Below, in pieces: positions 41,328 to 51,756 of a stretch of 64,000 bases of DNA; the first letter of the stretch is position 1, and every line of letters begins with the position of its first letter. The notes beneath the pieces were generated by a model, which was given only the letters and a program-made list of their open reading frames with translations, was not told where the DNA came from and ran no database searches. The translations under genes were made by a program, and so were the position numbers. The stretch spans positions 32,001 through 96,000 of IMG/VR virus record IMGVR_UViG_3300028394_002801; one strand, written 5' to 3'. The DNA is from a virus.

Positions 41328-43697
41328 CTAATTCTCCCTTCTTTCATCTGGAGCATAGTGCATAATTCTATCATGCCATATTGGTGCGGCTAATAATATT
41401 GCAGGTTTTAAATCACCCTCTAATGTCATTTGATACATATGTGACATCCATGTTTGCTCATAAGGGTGTGCCCATTTTGTGTCAATAAACATTTTTTTAT
41501 TACCAGCCTTACTAACAATCATTGGCCAATTTGCATAATAAACCTCACCATCTATGTATGAAACCCCATCCATAACTCTTATATTTTTAAAGTTTGTTAA
41601 TGGTGCATTTGGATCTAATCCGGTCACAGGTAGTTTATCATAATTTGGCCAATATTTTGAGCGAATAACTTGTGGTACATTATACCAAGAGCATTGTTTA
41701 TCATTATCAAAATAAACTTCAGTAAATGTTAATTTGACAAAATCAAAACCATCTTTTAACATAATCTTATGCAAGATGTTATACAAATTAGGAACATATT
41801 TCCTAAACCCATTTCTACATACTTGCCCAACCATTTCTGGGGAATTTACAGTCATATCATCCTCAAAGAAAAACATAAAGTCAGCATCTGAATTATGAAA
41901 ATGTTCAGCAGCAGCTTGTCTCCCACCACAAATACCTGTATTACTACCTAAATCAATATATTCAAAATTATACTTTTCTGCAATTTTTTTGTTTTCAATT
42001 TTAGCATCCTCCTTTGTTGAATTATCTAATAACACCAAACTTGGTCTTGTTAACCACTCTGGTGTTTTTTCCATTGATTTTATGGTGTGCAAAATTTGTT
42101 CTGGAAAATTAAAAGTTAACATATATAAATTTGTTTTATATGACAAAACATCTTTATCTGTTACTTTTATGGGATTTATAATTTTAGGTTTAACAACTTC
42201 TGTTAATTTTACATTATTATCAACTAATGCTTGGGTGAATTTACCAATTAAACCATTTCCATCTAACTCATACCTTTTATATAAATCTGGTTCATTGTAT
42301 GACATTATGGCAAATAAACTTTCTTCTGTCCCCATATAACCAGAGTTTAAAGTTTTTTGCAGTAATGAATAATATGTTGAATTTGCTTCTCTTATTTGAT
42401 CCTTGTGCCCCCCAAACAAACCACCTCTACAAACATATTTAACATCTTGTTCTGCATACATATTCATAGCCTTTATATGAAACCCATGAATTTCATTATT
42501 TGCCTCATATGGATAACTTAAAAATAAAAAAGGATTCCCATATTCTGTTATTGAATTTAAAACATCATCATGAACTAAATGATGGTAGGATACAGTATTG
42601 GTAATACCTGCATCAATCCAAAAGAAGTATTCAGTACCAAATGGATTCCATATTGAAGCATCATTAACCATAAACATTTTAGATTGCACAATTGGATTAT
42701 ACCATTCTAATGATGCTTGGGGCGAATCTTTTAACCAAGATGCTAAATTAAACCAATTAGGGTCTGTTCTAATTTCTTGGGTCTTATCCCAAAAAGGTGC
42801 ATACAATTTTTTTACATCATCTAATTCATATATTTTTACAATTGTATTCTGTTTCTTTCTTTTTTCCCAAACCAGATATTCATATTCTTTAGGTATGTAA
42901 ATAAATAAATTTTGAGGTATATCTAGTAATCTTTTAAAATTCTCAATATAATGGTCAAAAGGTCTTCCATTTCTATTTATATTCCAAAGACCTGTTACAA
43001 TTGTTAAATTTTCATTACCTGGTAATTTATGTTCCACATAACCAGTAAATTCCTCAATACTATGTATCTGACCTTTTTTAGAGTTATTCTTTTTAACACA
43101 TAAAAAATTACCTCCATAAAAATATTCATGGTTGTCAATAATTTCTCTTAACTCAGCATTATAATCTCCAAATACATTTTTACCATCACCACCACCACCA
43201 ATGTCTTCAATAATATAATAACCACCAAATTTAACTCTATCAAATAGATTTCTAAATGTTGTCAATTGGGCAATAGCAGTATGTAAACCATCATCTAATA
43301 TGATGTTAAAACTTAAATTATCTAAGTTTTTATTACAAGCATCTAAATCAGTAGAACTCATTAAGAATGTTTTAATCCTATCCTCCTCAATCATACAATC
43401 AGGAGCAACATCAACACCATAAATGTTGCCATTCTCAAAATATTCTTTCCAAACTCTTAAACAACTTGAAGGTGTAAAATTTGGAAAATATTGTTTTATA
43501 CCAATAAATGTAGATGGAATTTCAGGTTGTAGTGTGCCTAACCCAATTTCCAAATAATCTATTTTATCAAATCTTATTTTTTCAAATATTTTTGAATAAA
43601 AGTAATCATACCCTGATACTTTTTTATCACTGCCATATTTATCTATAAGTTCTCCTAATTCCATATATTTTTTTTTATTTAATGTAGCTTGATTCAA
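41328..43697 (-). CDS. Fusion: sugar O-methyltransferase + HtrL/YibB-like + GT-A domain
   Basis: YGSDK, LEIG.G, IILDDG.H, YIIED; TIVTGLWNI, FWIDAG, GGLFGG, MGTEE; FFEDD. True start probably 43664. Confidence 0.7.
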   Translation of the reverse strand: MNQATLNKKKYMELGELIDKYGSDKKVSGYDYFYSKIFEKIRFDKIDYLEIGLGTLQPEIPSTFIGIKQYFPNFTPSSCLRVWKEYFENGNIYGVDVAPDCMIEEDRIKTFLMSSTDLDACNKNLDNLSFNIILDDGLHTAIAQLTTFRNLFDRVKFGGYYIIEDIGGGGDGKNVFGDYNAELREIIDNHEYFYGGNFLCVKKNNSKKGQIHSIEEFTGYVEHKLPGNENLTIVTGLWNINRNGRPFDHYIENFKRLLDIPQNLFIYIPKEYEYLVWEKRKKQNTIVKIYELDDVKKLYAPFWDKTQEIRTDPNWFNLASWLKDSPQASLEWYNPIVQSKMFMVNDASIWNPFGTEYFFWIDAGITNTVSYHHLVHDDVLNSITEYGNPFLFLSYPYEANNEIHGFHIKAMNMYAEQDVKYVCRGGLFGGHKDQIREANSTYYSLLQKTLNSGYMGTEESLFAIMSYNEPDLYKRYELDGNGLIGKFTQALVDNNVKLTEVVKPKIINPIKVTDKDVLSYKTNLYMLTFNFPEQILHTIKSMEKTPEWLTRPSLVLLDNSTKEDAKIENKKIAEKYNFEYIDLGSNTGICGGRQAAAEHFHNSDADFMFFFEDDMTVNSPEMVGQVCRNGFRKYVPNLYNILHKIMLKDGFDFVKLTFTEVYFDNDKQCSWYNVPQVIRSKYWPNYDKLPVTGLDPNAPLTNFKNIRVMDGVSYIDGEVYYANWPMIVSKAGNKKMFIDTKWAHPYEQTWMSHMYQMTLEGDLKPAILLAAPIWHDRIMHYAPDERREN

Positions 43698-44523
43698 TTA
43701 TATTATTTAATTGACTTCTTAGATTAAGATCTGTATTATCATTTTTATCAACATTGTATCTAAAAAGATTACAACCTTCTTCACTTAAATGGCTGGTATG
43801 ACCCAATATTGGAAATGATTTACCTACTATCTTTAAAAAATCTTCATATGATTCACATTTTTCATCATCTGGATGAAATGTGACAATTCTATTACGTTTT
43901 TTAGTAGCAAAATAACCTGAAACTGCAAGATCGTCATCCCACAAATAATATTGCCTAATAAAGTCAAAAAAATCTTTTTCAAAAAATCTCCTTTTATAGG
44001 AGATACTTTTATAATGTTGCAATATATCAACAATAGAATCTCTATTATTCCCTGAATAGAAATGGTCTCTTAAATCATTAAAAAATAATGATACTGAACC
44101 ATCCTCATTTCTTGATTTTATACCATCATAACCAACAGGATTTTCAGGCCACTTTACTCGATTTTTTATATGTTCAGTTATTAAATTCTCATTATAAATC
44201 ATATCATCATCAACAACAATTATTATTTGTTCAGGATCAATAACTCTTTCTAATGTTGGTAGTAATTTTGTTATTGGACCAGTATCCTCTACTCTAAAAA
44301 TTTTTAATTTATCATTATTACTATCCATTTCATTTAACCATTCAGGGAAAATGTATTCTTCATTTGTTCTCTTACAAACAAATGGGATATTTAAATGAAT
44401 TTCAAAGTTGTTGTATTTTTGATTTAATAAAGACTCTAACGCATACCTCATATCATACCCATATTGGCTATTTAATCTTGTTGGTATTGTTGTTAATGTA
44501 AGTATAATTTTTTGCTCTTCCAT
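43675..44523 (-). CDS. GT2-like glycosyltransferase
   Basis: LTTIPTR, GPITKLLP, IVVDDD. Confidence 0.7.
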   Translation of the reverse strand: MEEQKIILTLTTIPTRLNSQYGYDMRYALESLLNQKYNNFEIHLNIPFVCKRTNEEYIFPEWLNEMDSNNDKLKIFRVEDTGPITKLLPTLERVIDPEQIIIVVDDDMIYNENLITEHIKNRVKWPENPVGYDGIKSRNEDGSVSLFFNDLRDHFYSGNNRDSIVDILQHYKSISYKRRFFEKDFFDFIRQYYLWDDDLAVSGYFATKKRNRIVTFHPDDEKCESYEDFLKIVGKSFPILGHTSHLSEEGCNLFRYNVDKNDNTDLNLRSQLNNIIESSYIK

Positions 44524-44573
44524 AATATGTATAGTTAAATTTTAATAATTTTATATTTATTGTAAATGATATC

Positions 44574-45524
44574 TTATGTTAATTTAGTGAAATCTAATAT
44601 TTTTATAGCTATATTAGCATTTGCCTTTATTGTCCCATTCTCAAGATACCATTTTCTACCATTTTCAGCAACAAAGTTAATATATTCATGGTCGTTTTTA
44701 ACCTCATCATATCTTTTAATTACTCTATCTGAGAACTCTTCCCAAAAACCAGGGAATGGGTGACCACTATATTCTATTGGTATTTCATAATCATCAAAAT
44801 CTACTGATATGTAGTGATAATCTGGGATTAGTTCATTATGAAATTTAGTAGTTAACTTTGTTCTAAATAATGCAGTACCTAACCCTAAAATTTCCATATC
44901 CCTATAACATATTTCACCAGCGCCATTAATACTAAAATTTAAATTAAAACCATTTAACTCTCTTATATAATCACTTGGTGAAAGATAACTATTTTGTGTA
45001 TTATACATATTAAAGCGATTATCACTTTCTAAAAATTTCCTAAAAAGATAAAGGTAGCCTCTAAATGTTAATTTTTCAGGGTATATGCGATTTGTTTTAT
45101 TACTATATAAGGTTTCAATTAGCAATTCATTCTCTATGGTTGGACATGTGTATGAAAATGGCGTATATGTGCAATTTAGTGGTTTATAATAAATGTCATT
45201 TTTATGAACACCTGAACTTGTAATAATCTCAACACAATTTTCAATATCCCATAACGTCACATTAAATTTATTTATTACATCATCTAATTTATCCCAATAT
45301 GAAATTAAGATATATTTTTTAGTCTCGGGATTTTCAATTATCATAAAATGTGGACCGTATTTTTGAGCATTACCCAAATCTACTTTATTCCTTAATGGTG
45401 TGCTATTTATATGGTTAAATTCTATCTCTGGGTATTTTTCTAATAGATTATCATATATTTGTTTAAATGAACAAATATATGACCAATTGCAGAAACCATC
45501 TTCAAAGTAAACATTTAATTTCAT
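44574..45524 (-). CDS. Putative GT-B glycosyltransferase (GT90/exostosin-like)
   Basis: TFRG, SINGAGEICYRDMEILGLG, LIPDYHYI, VAENGRKWY. Confidence 0.5.
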   Translation of the reverse strand: MKLNVYFEDGFCNWSYICSFKQIYDNLLEKYPEIEFNHINSTPLRNKVDLGNAQKYGPHFMIIENPETKKYILISYWDKLDDVINKFNVTLWDIENCVEIITSSGVHKNDIYYKPLNCTYTPFSYTCPTIENELLIETLYSNKTNRIYPEKLTFRGYLYLFRKFLESDNRFNMYNTQNSYLSPSDYIRELNGFNLNFSINGAGEICYRDMEILGLGTALFRTKLTTKFHNELIPDYHYISVDFDDYEIPIEYSGHPFPGFWEEFSDRVIKRYDEVKNDHEYINFVAENGRKWYLENGTIKANANIAIKILDFTKLT

Positions 45525-46459
45525 TATTTTAAGTGTTCAGGCATATTATATAAATTAGTACCCATATGTTTATCATAGTACCAAAATAGTTTATGTTTAA
45601 AGTCATCATTGTTAATTAAATTCTCTTCCTCAATTAATTTATAAATAAATTGAACTAATGGAGATAATGGACTTATTGACTGCCCATTTTCTGGCAACCA
45701 AAAACAACCATGCCTTATTATTTCATAATATGCAATTAAAAAATAATCCTGTCCATTAAATTCACTATGATTGAAGCATGATTTTAAATTACTTGATGCA
45801 CACTTAAAAGTATTATTTTCTTTTATTATTTGCAATGTGTTATCTAATTCATGTAAAGATATATTATTGTAAGTGTTTAATAAATTAAGTAATGATTCTT
45901 TTTTCCAAATACATGGCTGTGTGCTAAATAAATATTGATGAGTATTTTTTCTTAAATACAAATTATCTTTAAATTTAGTATTAAAATTTGGAGTGTACTT
46001 ATCAAGTACATTTATCCACCAAGATGTTACTTCACATAAATCATCTGGGCAAAAATAATCAATATTATCATTTTTTAATATATTGATTACTTCTGTTAAA
46101 TCATCATATTTTGTTTCTGCAATAAAAAAATAATCATCACAGAAAAAGAAAATATATTCCTCTTTAATCTGGGGTAGAACATTTAGTAATGTTTCTGCAA
46201 AGTGTCCACCATTATTTTTAAAATTAACATTACCACTTAGATATGATACCTTATCTTCCAGTTGGAAATTATTGTCTTTAAATTTATTGCTAACTAAACT
46301 AACATTTAAACCTTCTTTTTTATTATGTTTAAAGAAGTTTTTAACTGCTAATTCACCTAATGAAACACTATTTTCATTTGTAAAAAATAAAAATCTTATA
46401 TTATCCATAACCCTATCTTTTATTATTGTGTTCATCCAACAAATAATAATGTAAATCAA
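45524..46459 (-). CDS. Putative GT-A glycosyltransferase
   Basis: YIFFFCDDYF, QPCIWKK. True start probably MDNIRF (46408). Confidence 0.55.
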   Translation of the reverse strand: MIYIIICWMNTIIKDRVMDNIRFLFFTNENSVSLGELAVKNFFKHNKKEGLNVSLVSNKFKDNNFQLEDKVSYLSGNVNFKNNGGHFAETLLNVLPQIKEEYIFFFCDDYFFIAETKYDDLTEVINILKNDNIDYFCPDDLCEVTSWWINVLDKYTPNFNTKFKDNLYLRKNTHQYLFSTQPCIWKKESLLNLLNTYNNISLHELDNTLQIIKENNTFKCASSNLKSCFNHSEFNGQDYFLIAYYEIIRHGCFWLPENGQSISPLSPLVQFIYKLIEEENLINNDDFKHKLFWYYDKHMGTNLYNMPEHLK

Positions 46460-47117
46460 ATGATTCCATTGTAATATTATTACTTACCATATGTCTATAT
46501 AAAATAGATTCAGGAGCCACAGAAGTCCCATAATTTAACCATGTATTAGGCAATTTATTATATAAATCAGAGTAAATATGCATCACATCTTTATTCCCAT
46601 AAGCTATTTGGTCATTCATTGAACTATTCCAAGAACCTCGTAAAGGGCTATATATTGTATTTTCTTTTGGTTGTTGTAAAATTAAATCACTATTAAATAA
46701 TATATCACCCCTTAACCTTATGATTAAATCATAATTTATACCACTATCTTCAACCATTTTCCCACATTTTTCTACTTTATACCACATACTTAACATATTT
46801 TTACAATAAGGTGGAGGGGTTTCTCTATTATGGGTATATTTATTACTTTCTTCTTCAAAGAAATTATTTAATTTACTATATGACTCAAATTCAAAATTTT
46901 TAGGTTTCAATTTATTCAAGACATCTTCTTTTATATCTTCAAGAATTTCATCATTATTTTTAATATCAAATTTAGTTCGGAATGTGCTAAAACCATATAT
47001 ATCCCAAAAACTTAAATAAACATCAGAATCATATTTTGAAATTAAATGCTTAATGTTATTATCAACATTTTCTTTAAAATTTCTAAACATACCAGAGTAG
47101 CAAATAGCAATTTTCAT
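46413..47117 (-). CDS. Putative glycosyltransferase
   Basis: MKIAICYSG..R, YDLIIRLRGD, NDQIAYG, PE..L. Confidence 0.55.
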   Translation of the reverse strand: MKIAICYSGMFRNFKENVDNNIKHLISKYDSDVYLSFWDIYGFSTFRTKFDIKNNDEILEDIKEDVLNKLKPKNFEFESYSKLNNFFEEESNKYTHNRETPPPYCKNMLSMWYKVEKCGKMVEDSGINYDLIIRLRGDILFNSDLILQQPKENTIYSPLRGSWNSSMNDQIAYGNKDVMHIYSDLYNKLPNTWLNYGTSVAPESILYRHMVSNNITMESFDLHYYLLDEHNNKR

Positions 47118-47119
47118 AA

Positions 47120-48391
47120 TTATTTTAAATTAATTTCAACCTTTTCAGCCCAACCACGGGTTTCACTTAATCCCCAAAACACAACTTTGGTTGGATTTTT
47201 ATCTGTCATAAACATCTCCTCATAATGAATAGGTTTTCCATTTTGTAGGAAGTTTTTTAATCTATCATCATCAATAAATTTACTATTAATACCAATACCA
47301 TTCTCATCATCAAATGCTACTAATATGCTTTTATAATCATTTGCAGGTAATTGGTTTCTATCAATATTAACCAAATGATAAAATGAATACATAAATGAAT
47401 CCTCCCACTCTTTCTCATCTTCAATAACTGGATTTGGGGGAAATCTATTTTCTTTTGTGTATTTTTGAAATGATTTTTTCTTAAAATGTATTCCAGCATA
47501 TTTCTCATAATCTCTAAGAGTTCTTACTGTACCTAAATCATATCCTGTTAAATCAAAACCATTATCTTCTGTTTGCAATAATTGCCTTATCTTTGACCTC
47601 CCAATATCTTGTTGTTTCCACCACATATTATCACCACGTTTGCTTTGGTCATCCCAAACAAGTTTGCCATTCCTCTCTTCTCTCATTGTTGCGTGCCAAA
47701 TAACAACTCTATGTGGGTGAAATAAATCATATCCATGTGTGAAACTACGCACACTCAAATTTATTTCTTCACCACTAAAATATATGTCTGGGTCATGTTT
47801 TACATCTTTTGCCCATTTGTTTGGCCCAAATGCAAAATGACCGCTAAGAAATCTTGCGGGATAAGGCTTTGTTAAATTTTTCCAATTTGGGACACCTGTT
47901 GGTCTAATGAATATTGTTCCATGTGGGTAAAAACTTGCAGCCTCAGATAACCAAGGCTCCATAACCCTCTTTTCTGGGTCATTGAATGGATCATAATATG
48001 GTAAATATCCACAAATTATGGGGTTATAACCTTCCTTAACCAAATCTGCATACCAAGTTAATAATGTTGTGTCCCATCCTTTTGTGAATCTATGGTGAGC
48101 ATCTAATTGTAATACAAAATCTTCATCTGTTAAAAGTTTTTCATTTATGATTGCTCTAGCATAAGGTAAACCTTTTGCCTCTGTATATAGCATATCATAT
48201 ATTTTAAATCTTTTATCTTTTCTAAATTCATCCAAATTATCAAATTCATCATCAGGATGATATTGCCTACAAATACCAAAAACTAAATTTTTTGGATTGT
48301 CTGCATTCTCTAATGCGTTTTTTATTGTTGGGATTAATTCAGGTTCTCTATATGCTGGTAAGTGAATTAAAATCTTTTTTGCCTTTGTCAT
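47120..48391 (-). CDS. GT60-family O-HexNAc transferase (paralog B)
   Basis: AYREPEL, GLPYAR, QLDAHHRF, FSGEEI, GYDLFHP, RTLRDYEKYAGI. Confidence 0.85.
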   Translation of the reverse strand: MTKAKKILIHLPAYREPELIPTIKNALENADNPKNLVFGICRQYHPDDEFDNLDEFRKDKRFKIYDMLYTEAKGLPYARAIINEKLLTDEDFVLQLDAHHRFTKGWDTTLLTWYADLVKEGYNPIICGYLPYYDPFNDPEKRVMEPWLSEAASFYPHGTIFIRPTGVPNWKNLTKPYPARFLSGHFAFGPNKWAKDVKHDPDIYFSGEEINLSVRSFTHGYDLFHPHRVVIWHATMREERNGKLVWDDQSKRGDNMWWKQQDIGRSKIRQLLQTEDNGFDLTGYDLGTVRTLRDYEKYAGIHFKKKSFQKYTKENRFPPNPVIEDEKEWEDSFMYSFYHLVNIDRNQLPANDYKSILVAFDDENGIGINSKFIDDDRLKNFLQNGKPIHYEEMFMTDKNPTKVVFWGLSETRGWAEKVEINLK

Positions 48392-48535
48392 ATGATTTAC
48401 ATTATATAGAATATATAATTCATAATCATATAAAATAAATAATTGTCAATTTAATTTATAAATATATAACAAAGAAAAAACCACCAATAGATAGGGGGTT
48501 CTTTCTTGTTATTTTATTTGTGATAATTTAATCAT

Positions 48536-51500
48536 CTATACTTGTCTTGGAATAGTAGGTGGTAGTTCATTTATAATGAAATGATTTCTCCCTGTAATAG
48601 TATTATAAGCGGTATCATTTCGTAGGTTTTGATATATTGAAGGACGAATAGTATCACCTACATTTAATGATAATACAATTCTTGTTGTTGTTGTTGGAAT
48701 TTTAACAGTTGAAGTAGTGTATGGCCAAAAGTTTGCAACAAAAATAGCCGTACTATTATTATAATTGATAATAGTTGCAAACTCTCTATCTAGTGCTAAA
48801 GGAGTAACATTATCAAGCATCATAGCAAATGAAATATCATAAATACCTGCACGAGGACAAGTAAATATTCCTGTTGTATTATTCCATGCACTAGGTGTAT
48901 TATTAACAAGTGTGCTCCAATTAACTATCGTTGTTTCTGAATTATAGGGGATTGATTGTGCTGTGGCTTTATTTAATGATAAATAAACTGGTGTAATCAT
49001 AGTAGAGCCTGTAATAACTCTGCCAGCACTTGAAATACCCAAATTGGTTATAGATGTCCCTGAACCTATTGTGGTTATGTTTAATGTTGTTGCAGTTATA
49101 GCGTTAATATTTGTGCTACCTGTTGCAGTTAAGTTATTTATGTTAATTGAACTAGTCCAAGAAGTATCATAATCTGTGCTTGAATTTTTAACTAATAGTT
49201 GGTTAATTGTTCCTCCTGTTTTTTGAAAAGAAGTCCCAGAAGTCCCGCTTGTGCCAGAAGTTCCGGTTGTGCCAGAAGTCCCGCTTGTACCAGAAGTTCC
49301 GGTTGTGCCAGAAGTCCCACTTGTGCCAGAAGTTCCGGTTGTGCCAGAAGTCCCTCTTGTGCCAGAAGTTCCGGTTGTGCCAGAAGTTCCGGTTGTGCCA
49401 GAAGTTCCGGTTGTGCCAGAAGTCCCACTTGTGCCAGAAGTCCCACTTGTGCCAGAAGTTCCGGTTGTGCCAGAAGTACCGGTTGTGCCAGAAGTACCGG
49501 TTGTGCCAGAAGTCCCTCTTGTGCCAGAAGTTCCGGTTGTGCCAGAAGTTCCGGTTGTGCCAGAAGTTCCGGTTGTGCCAGAAGTTCCGGTTGTGCCAGA
49601 AGTCCCACTTGTGCCTGATGTACCACTTGTACCAGAAGTTCCGGTTGCGCCAGAAGTCCCGCTTGTGCCTGAAGTGCTACTTGTCCCACTTGTACCAGAA
49701 GACCCTCCTGTACCAGAAGAACCGCTTGTACCCCCTGTGCCTGATGTACCACTTGACCCATTAAGCCCAGGTGCTCCTTGTATTTCACCCATATTAACCC
49801 ACCCATCAACATTTGCAGCAGATGAAGTTGGGTCATATATATATAACTCTGATGTATCTTGTAATATGTATGTATCTAAGGGGTCTGGTGTTGGATGGTT
49901 GGCTATCATATCTGCATAACTAGCCTCAACACCCTTTGGTGATAATGTCTGTCCATTATTACCTGAAACAACCATTAAAGACCATTTAGAGTTAATGTCA
50001 GGTGTGGTCTCATTTATTGAAACATTTTCAGTAGCAATATAAACTCTATAAGGACTTCCAAATGTTACAACATTATTTTTAACATATGCACTAATATTTG
50101 ACCATCCCCCAAGGAAAATAAGCCCTGATCCACTTGTACCACTTGATCCTGATGTTCCAGATGAACCACTTGTCCCATTTATCCCTGATGTACCAGATGA
50201 ACCACTTGTGCCTGCTGTCCCACTTGTGCCTGATGTCCCACTTGTACCAGAAGTTCCGGTTGTGCCTGATGTGCCAGATGAGCCACTTGTCCCATCTATA
50301 CCTGATGTACCAGATGAACCACTTGTACCTTCTGTTCCACTTGTCCCTGAACTACCAGATGAGCCACTTGTTCCTTCTGTGCCTGATGTTCCAGATGAAC
50401 CACTTGTCCCATCTATCCCCGATGTCCCAGATGAACCGCTTGACCCTGATGTTCCATTTGTTCCGCTACTACCAGATGAACCACTTGTTCCATCTATTCC
50501 TGATGTTCCATTTGCACCACTTGTTCCTGATGAACCAGATACTCCTATTTCACCACTTGTTCCTGATGAACCAGATACTCCTATTTCACCACTTGTTCCT
50601 GAACTACCACTTGCTCCAATAGAACCACTTGTGCCTGATGAACCACTAGAACCGCTTGCACCAGAACTTCCAGTTCCACCACTTGTTCCTGATGTTCCAG
50701 TTGTACCACTTGTTCCTGATGTGCTTGATGTTCCACTACTTCCAGATGTGCCACTTGTTCCATCTATTCCTGATGTCCCTGATGAACCACTTGTGCCTGA
50801 TGTTCCTGATGTTCCAGATGTTCCAGATGTTCCAGATGTGCCAGAACTACCTGATGTGCCAGAACTACCTGATGTGCCACTTGTCCCATTTATTCCTGAT
50901 GTTCCCCTTGTACCTGATGTCCCTGATGTTCCACTACTTCCAGATGAACCACTTGTCCCTGATGTTCCACTACTCCCAGATGAACCACTTGTTCCACTAC
51001 TCCCAGATGAACCACTTGTCCCACTACTTCCAGATGAACCACTTGTTCCTTCTGTGCCTGATGTTCCACTACTCCCAGATGAACCACTTGTTCCCAATGT
51101 TCCTAATGTTCCACTTGTGCCACTTGAACCATTTGTGAATCCAGTTATAGAGATGATTCCGCCATAATTTGTATATAATTCAATTGTTGTTGACCCTGAA
51201 AGGTATTCACCAGATATTATTTTGGTGTCAGTTCCCAAAAACTTAACCCAAGTTGCATTATCTCTTGTTGCGCCATCAACACCTTCAATGGTGGATCCAC
51301 TCCAAGCCGCAATGAAATTTCTTCCTGCTTCTGACCGTGTGTTTATTGTTGTTGTGAATGTTGTGAATGTGGCTGCTGATAATCCTGTTAAACCACTTAA
51401 TGCAAACCATAATTCCTCATAATTTGATATTGTGTGTTGATATACTGTTTTTGTTTCTTGAACATAAACTAACATACCCAATCTTCTTCTTCCTGATGAT

Positions 51501-51754
51501 ATATTATCAGAATTTAATGTAAGTGTATTTGCCCTATAACCAACAGTATAATTTATTGGTATTGTATTACCTGTGTTAATTATTAAACCAGTTTGGTCAT
51601 ATGTTGAATAATTTAAGTCGCTTAGACTAAAAACCTCCATATAACCACCAATTAAACTGGCTGAAAACGTTGTCCCAAATACAGATGTATTTGATACAGT
51701 TTGTGGCCCACCTAATTGGGTATTTGAAATTGGATTTTTATATGGAAATGACAT
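48536..51754 (-). CDS. Collagen-like (Gly-Thr/Ser-Ser/Thr)n fibre with C-terminal C1q-like head
   Basis: N-terminal [10 protein letters not shown] adapter; two long GTS/GSS/GTT runs; [15 protein letters not shown]...LSLNVGDTI. Confidence 0.8.
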   Translation of the reverse strand: MSFPYKNPISNTQLGGPQTVSNTSVFGTTFSASLIGGYMEVFSLSDLNYSTYDQTGLIINTGNTIPINYTVGYRANTLTLNSDNISSGRRRLGMLVYVQETKTVYQHTISNYEELWFALSGLTGLSAATFTTFTTTINTRSEAGRNFIAAWSGSTIEGVDGATRDNATWVKFLGTDTKIISGEYLSGSTTIELYTNYGGIISITGFTNGSSGTSGTLGTLGTSGSSGSSGTSGTEGTSGSSGSSGTSGSSGSSGTSGSSGSSGTSGTSGSSGSSGTSGTSGTRGTSGINGTSGTSGSSGTSGSSGTSGTSGTSGTSGTSGTSGSSGTSGIDGTSGTSGSSGTSSTSGTSGTTGTSGTSGGTGSSGASGSSGSSGTSGSIGASGSSGTSGEIGVSGSSGTSGEIGVSGSSGTSGANGTSGIDGTSGSSGSSGTNGTSGSSGSSGTSGIDGTSGSSGTSGTEGTSGSSGSSGTSGTEGTSGSSGTSGIDGTSGSSGTSGTTGTSGTSGTSGTSGTAGTSGSSGTSGINGTSGSSGTSGSSGTSGSGLIFLGGWSNISAYVKNNVVTFGSPYRVYIATENVSINETTPDINSKWSLMVVSGNNGQTLSPKGVEASYADMIANHPTPDPLDTYILQDTSELYIYDPTSSAANVDGWVNMGEIQGAPGLNGSSGTSGTGGTSGSSGTGGSSGTSGTSSTSGTSGTSGATGTSGTSGTSGTSGTSGTTGTSGTTGTSGTTGTSGTTGTSGTRGTSGTTGTSGTTGTSGTTGTSGTSGTSGTSGTSGTTGTSGTTGTSGTTGTSGTRGTSGTTGTSGTSGTSGTTGTSGTSGTSGTTGTSGTSGTSGTSFQKTGGTINQLLVKNSSTDYDTSWTSSININNLTATGSTNINAITATTLNITTIGSGTSITNLGISSAGRVITGSTMITPVYLSLNKATAQSIPYNSETTIVNWSTLVNNTPSAWNNTTGIFTCPRAGIYDISFAMMLDNVTPLALDREFATIINYNNSTAIFVANFWPYTTSTVKIPTTTTRIVLSLNVGDTIRPSIYQNLRNDTAYNTITGRNHFIINELPPTIPRQV
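49225..49760 (-). repeat. 9/18-bp coding tandem repeat (GTS/GTT)
   Basis: gtgccagaagttccggtt units. Confidence 0.9.
50130..51130 (-). repeat. 9-bp coding tandem repeat (GTS/GSS)
   Basis: ccagatgaaccacttgt-type units. Confidence 0.9.
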
Positions 51755-51756
51755 AA

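Noticed and set aside
49192-51167. PEVP/PDVP, CQKFRL and LLAQPE ORFs
   Set aside because: Alternate-frame or antisense shadows of the GTS repeat
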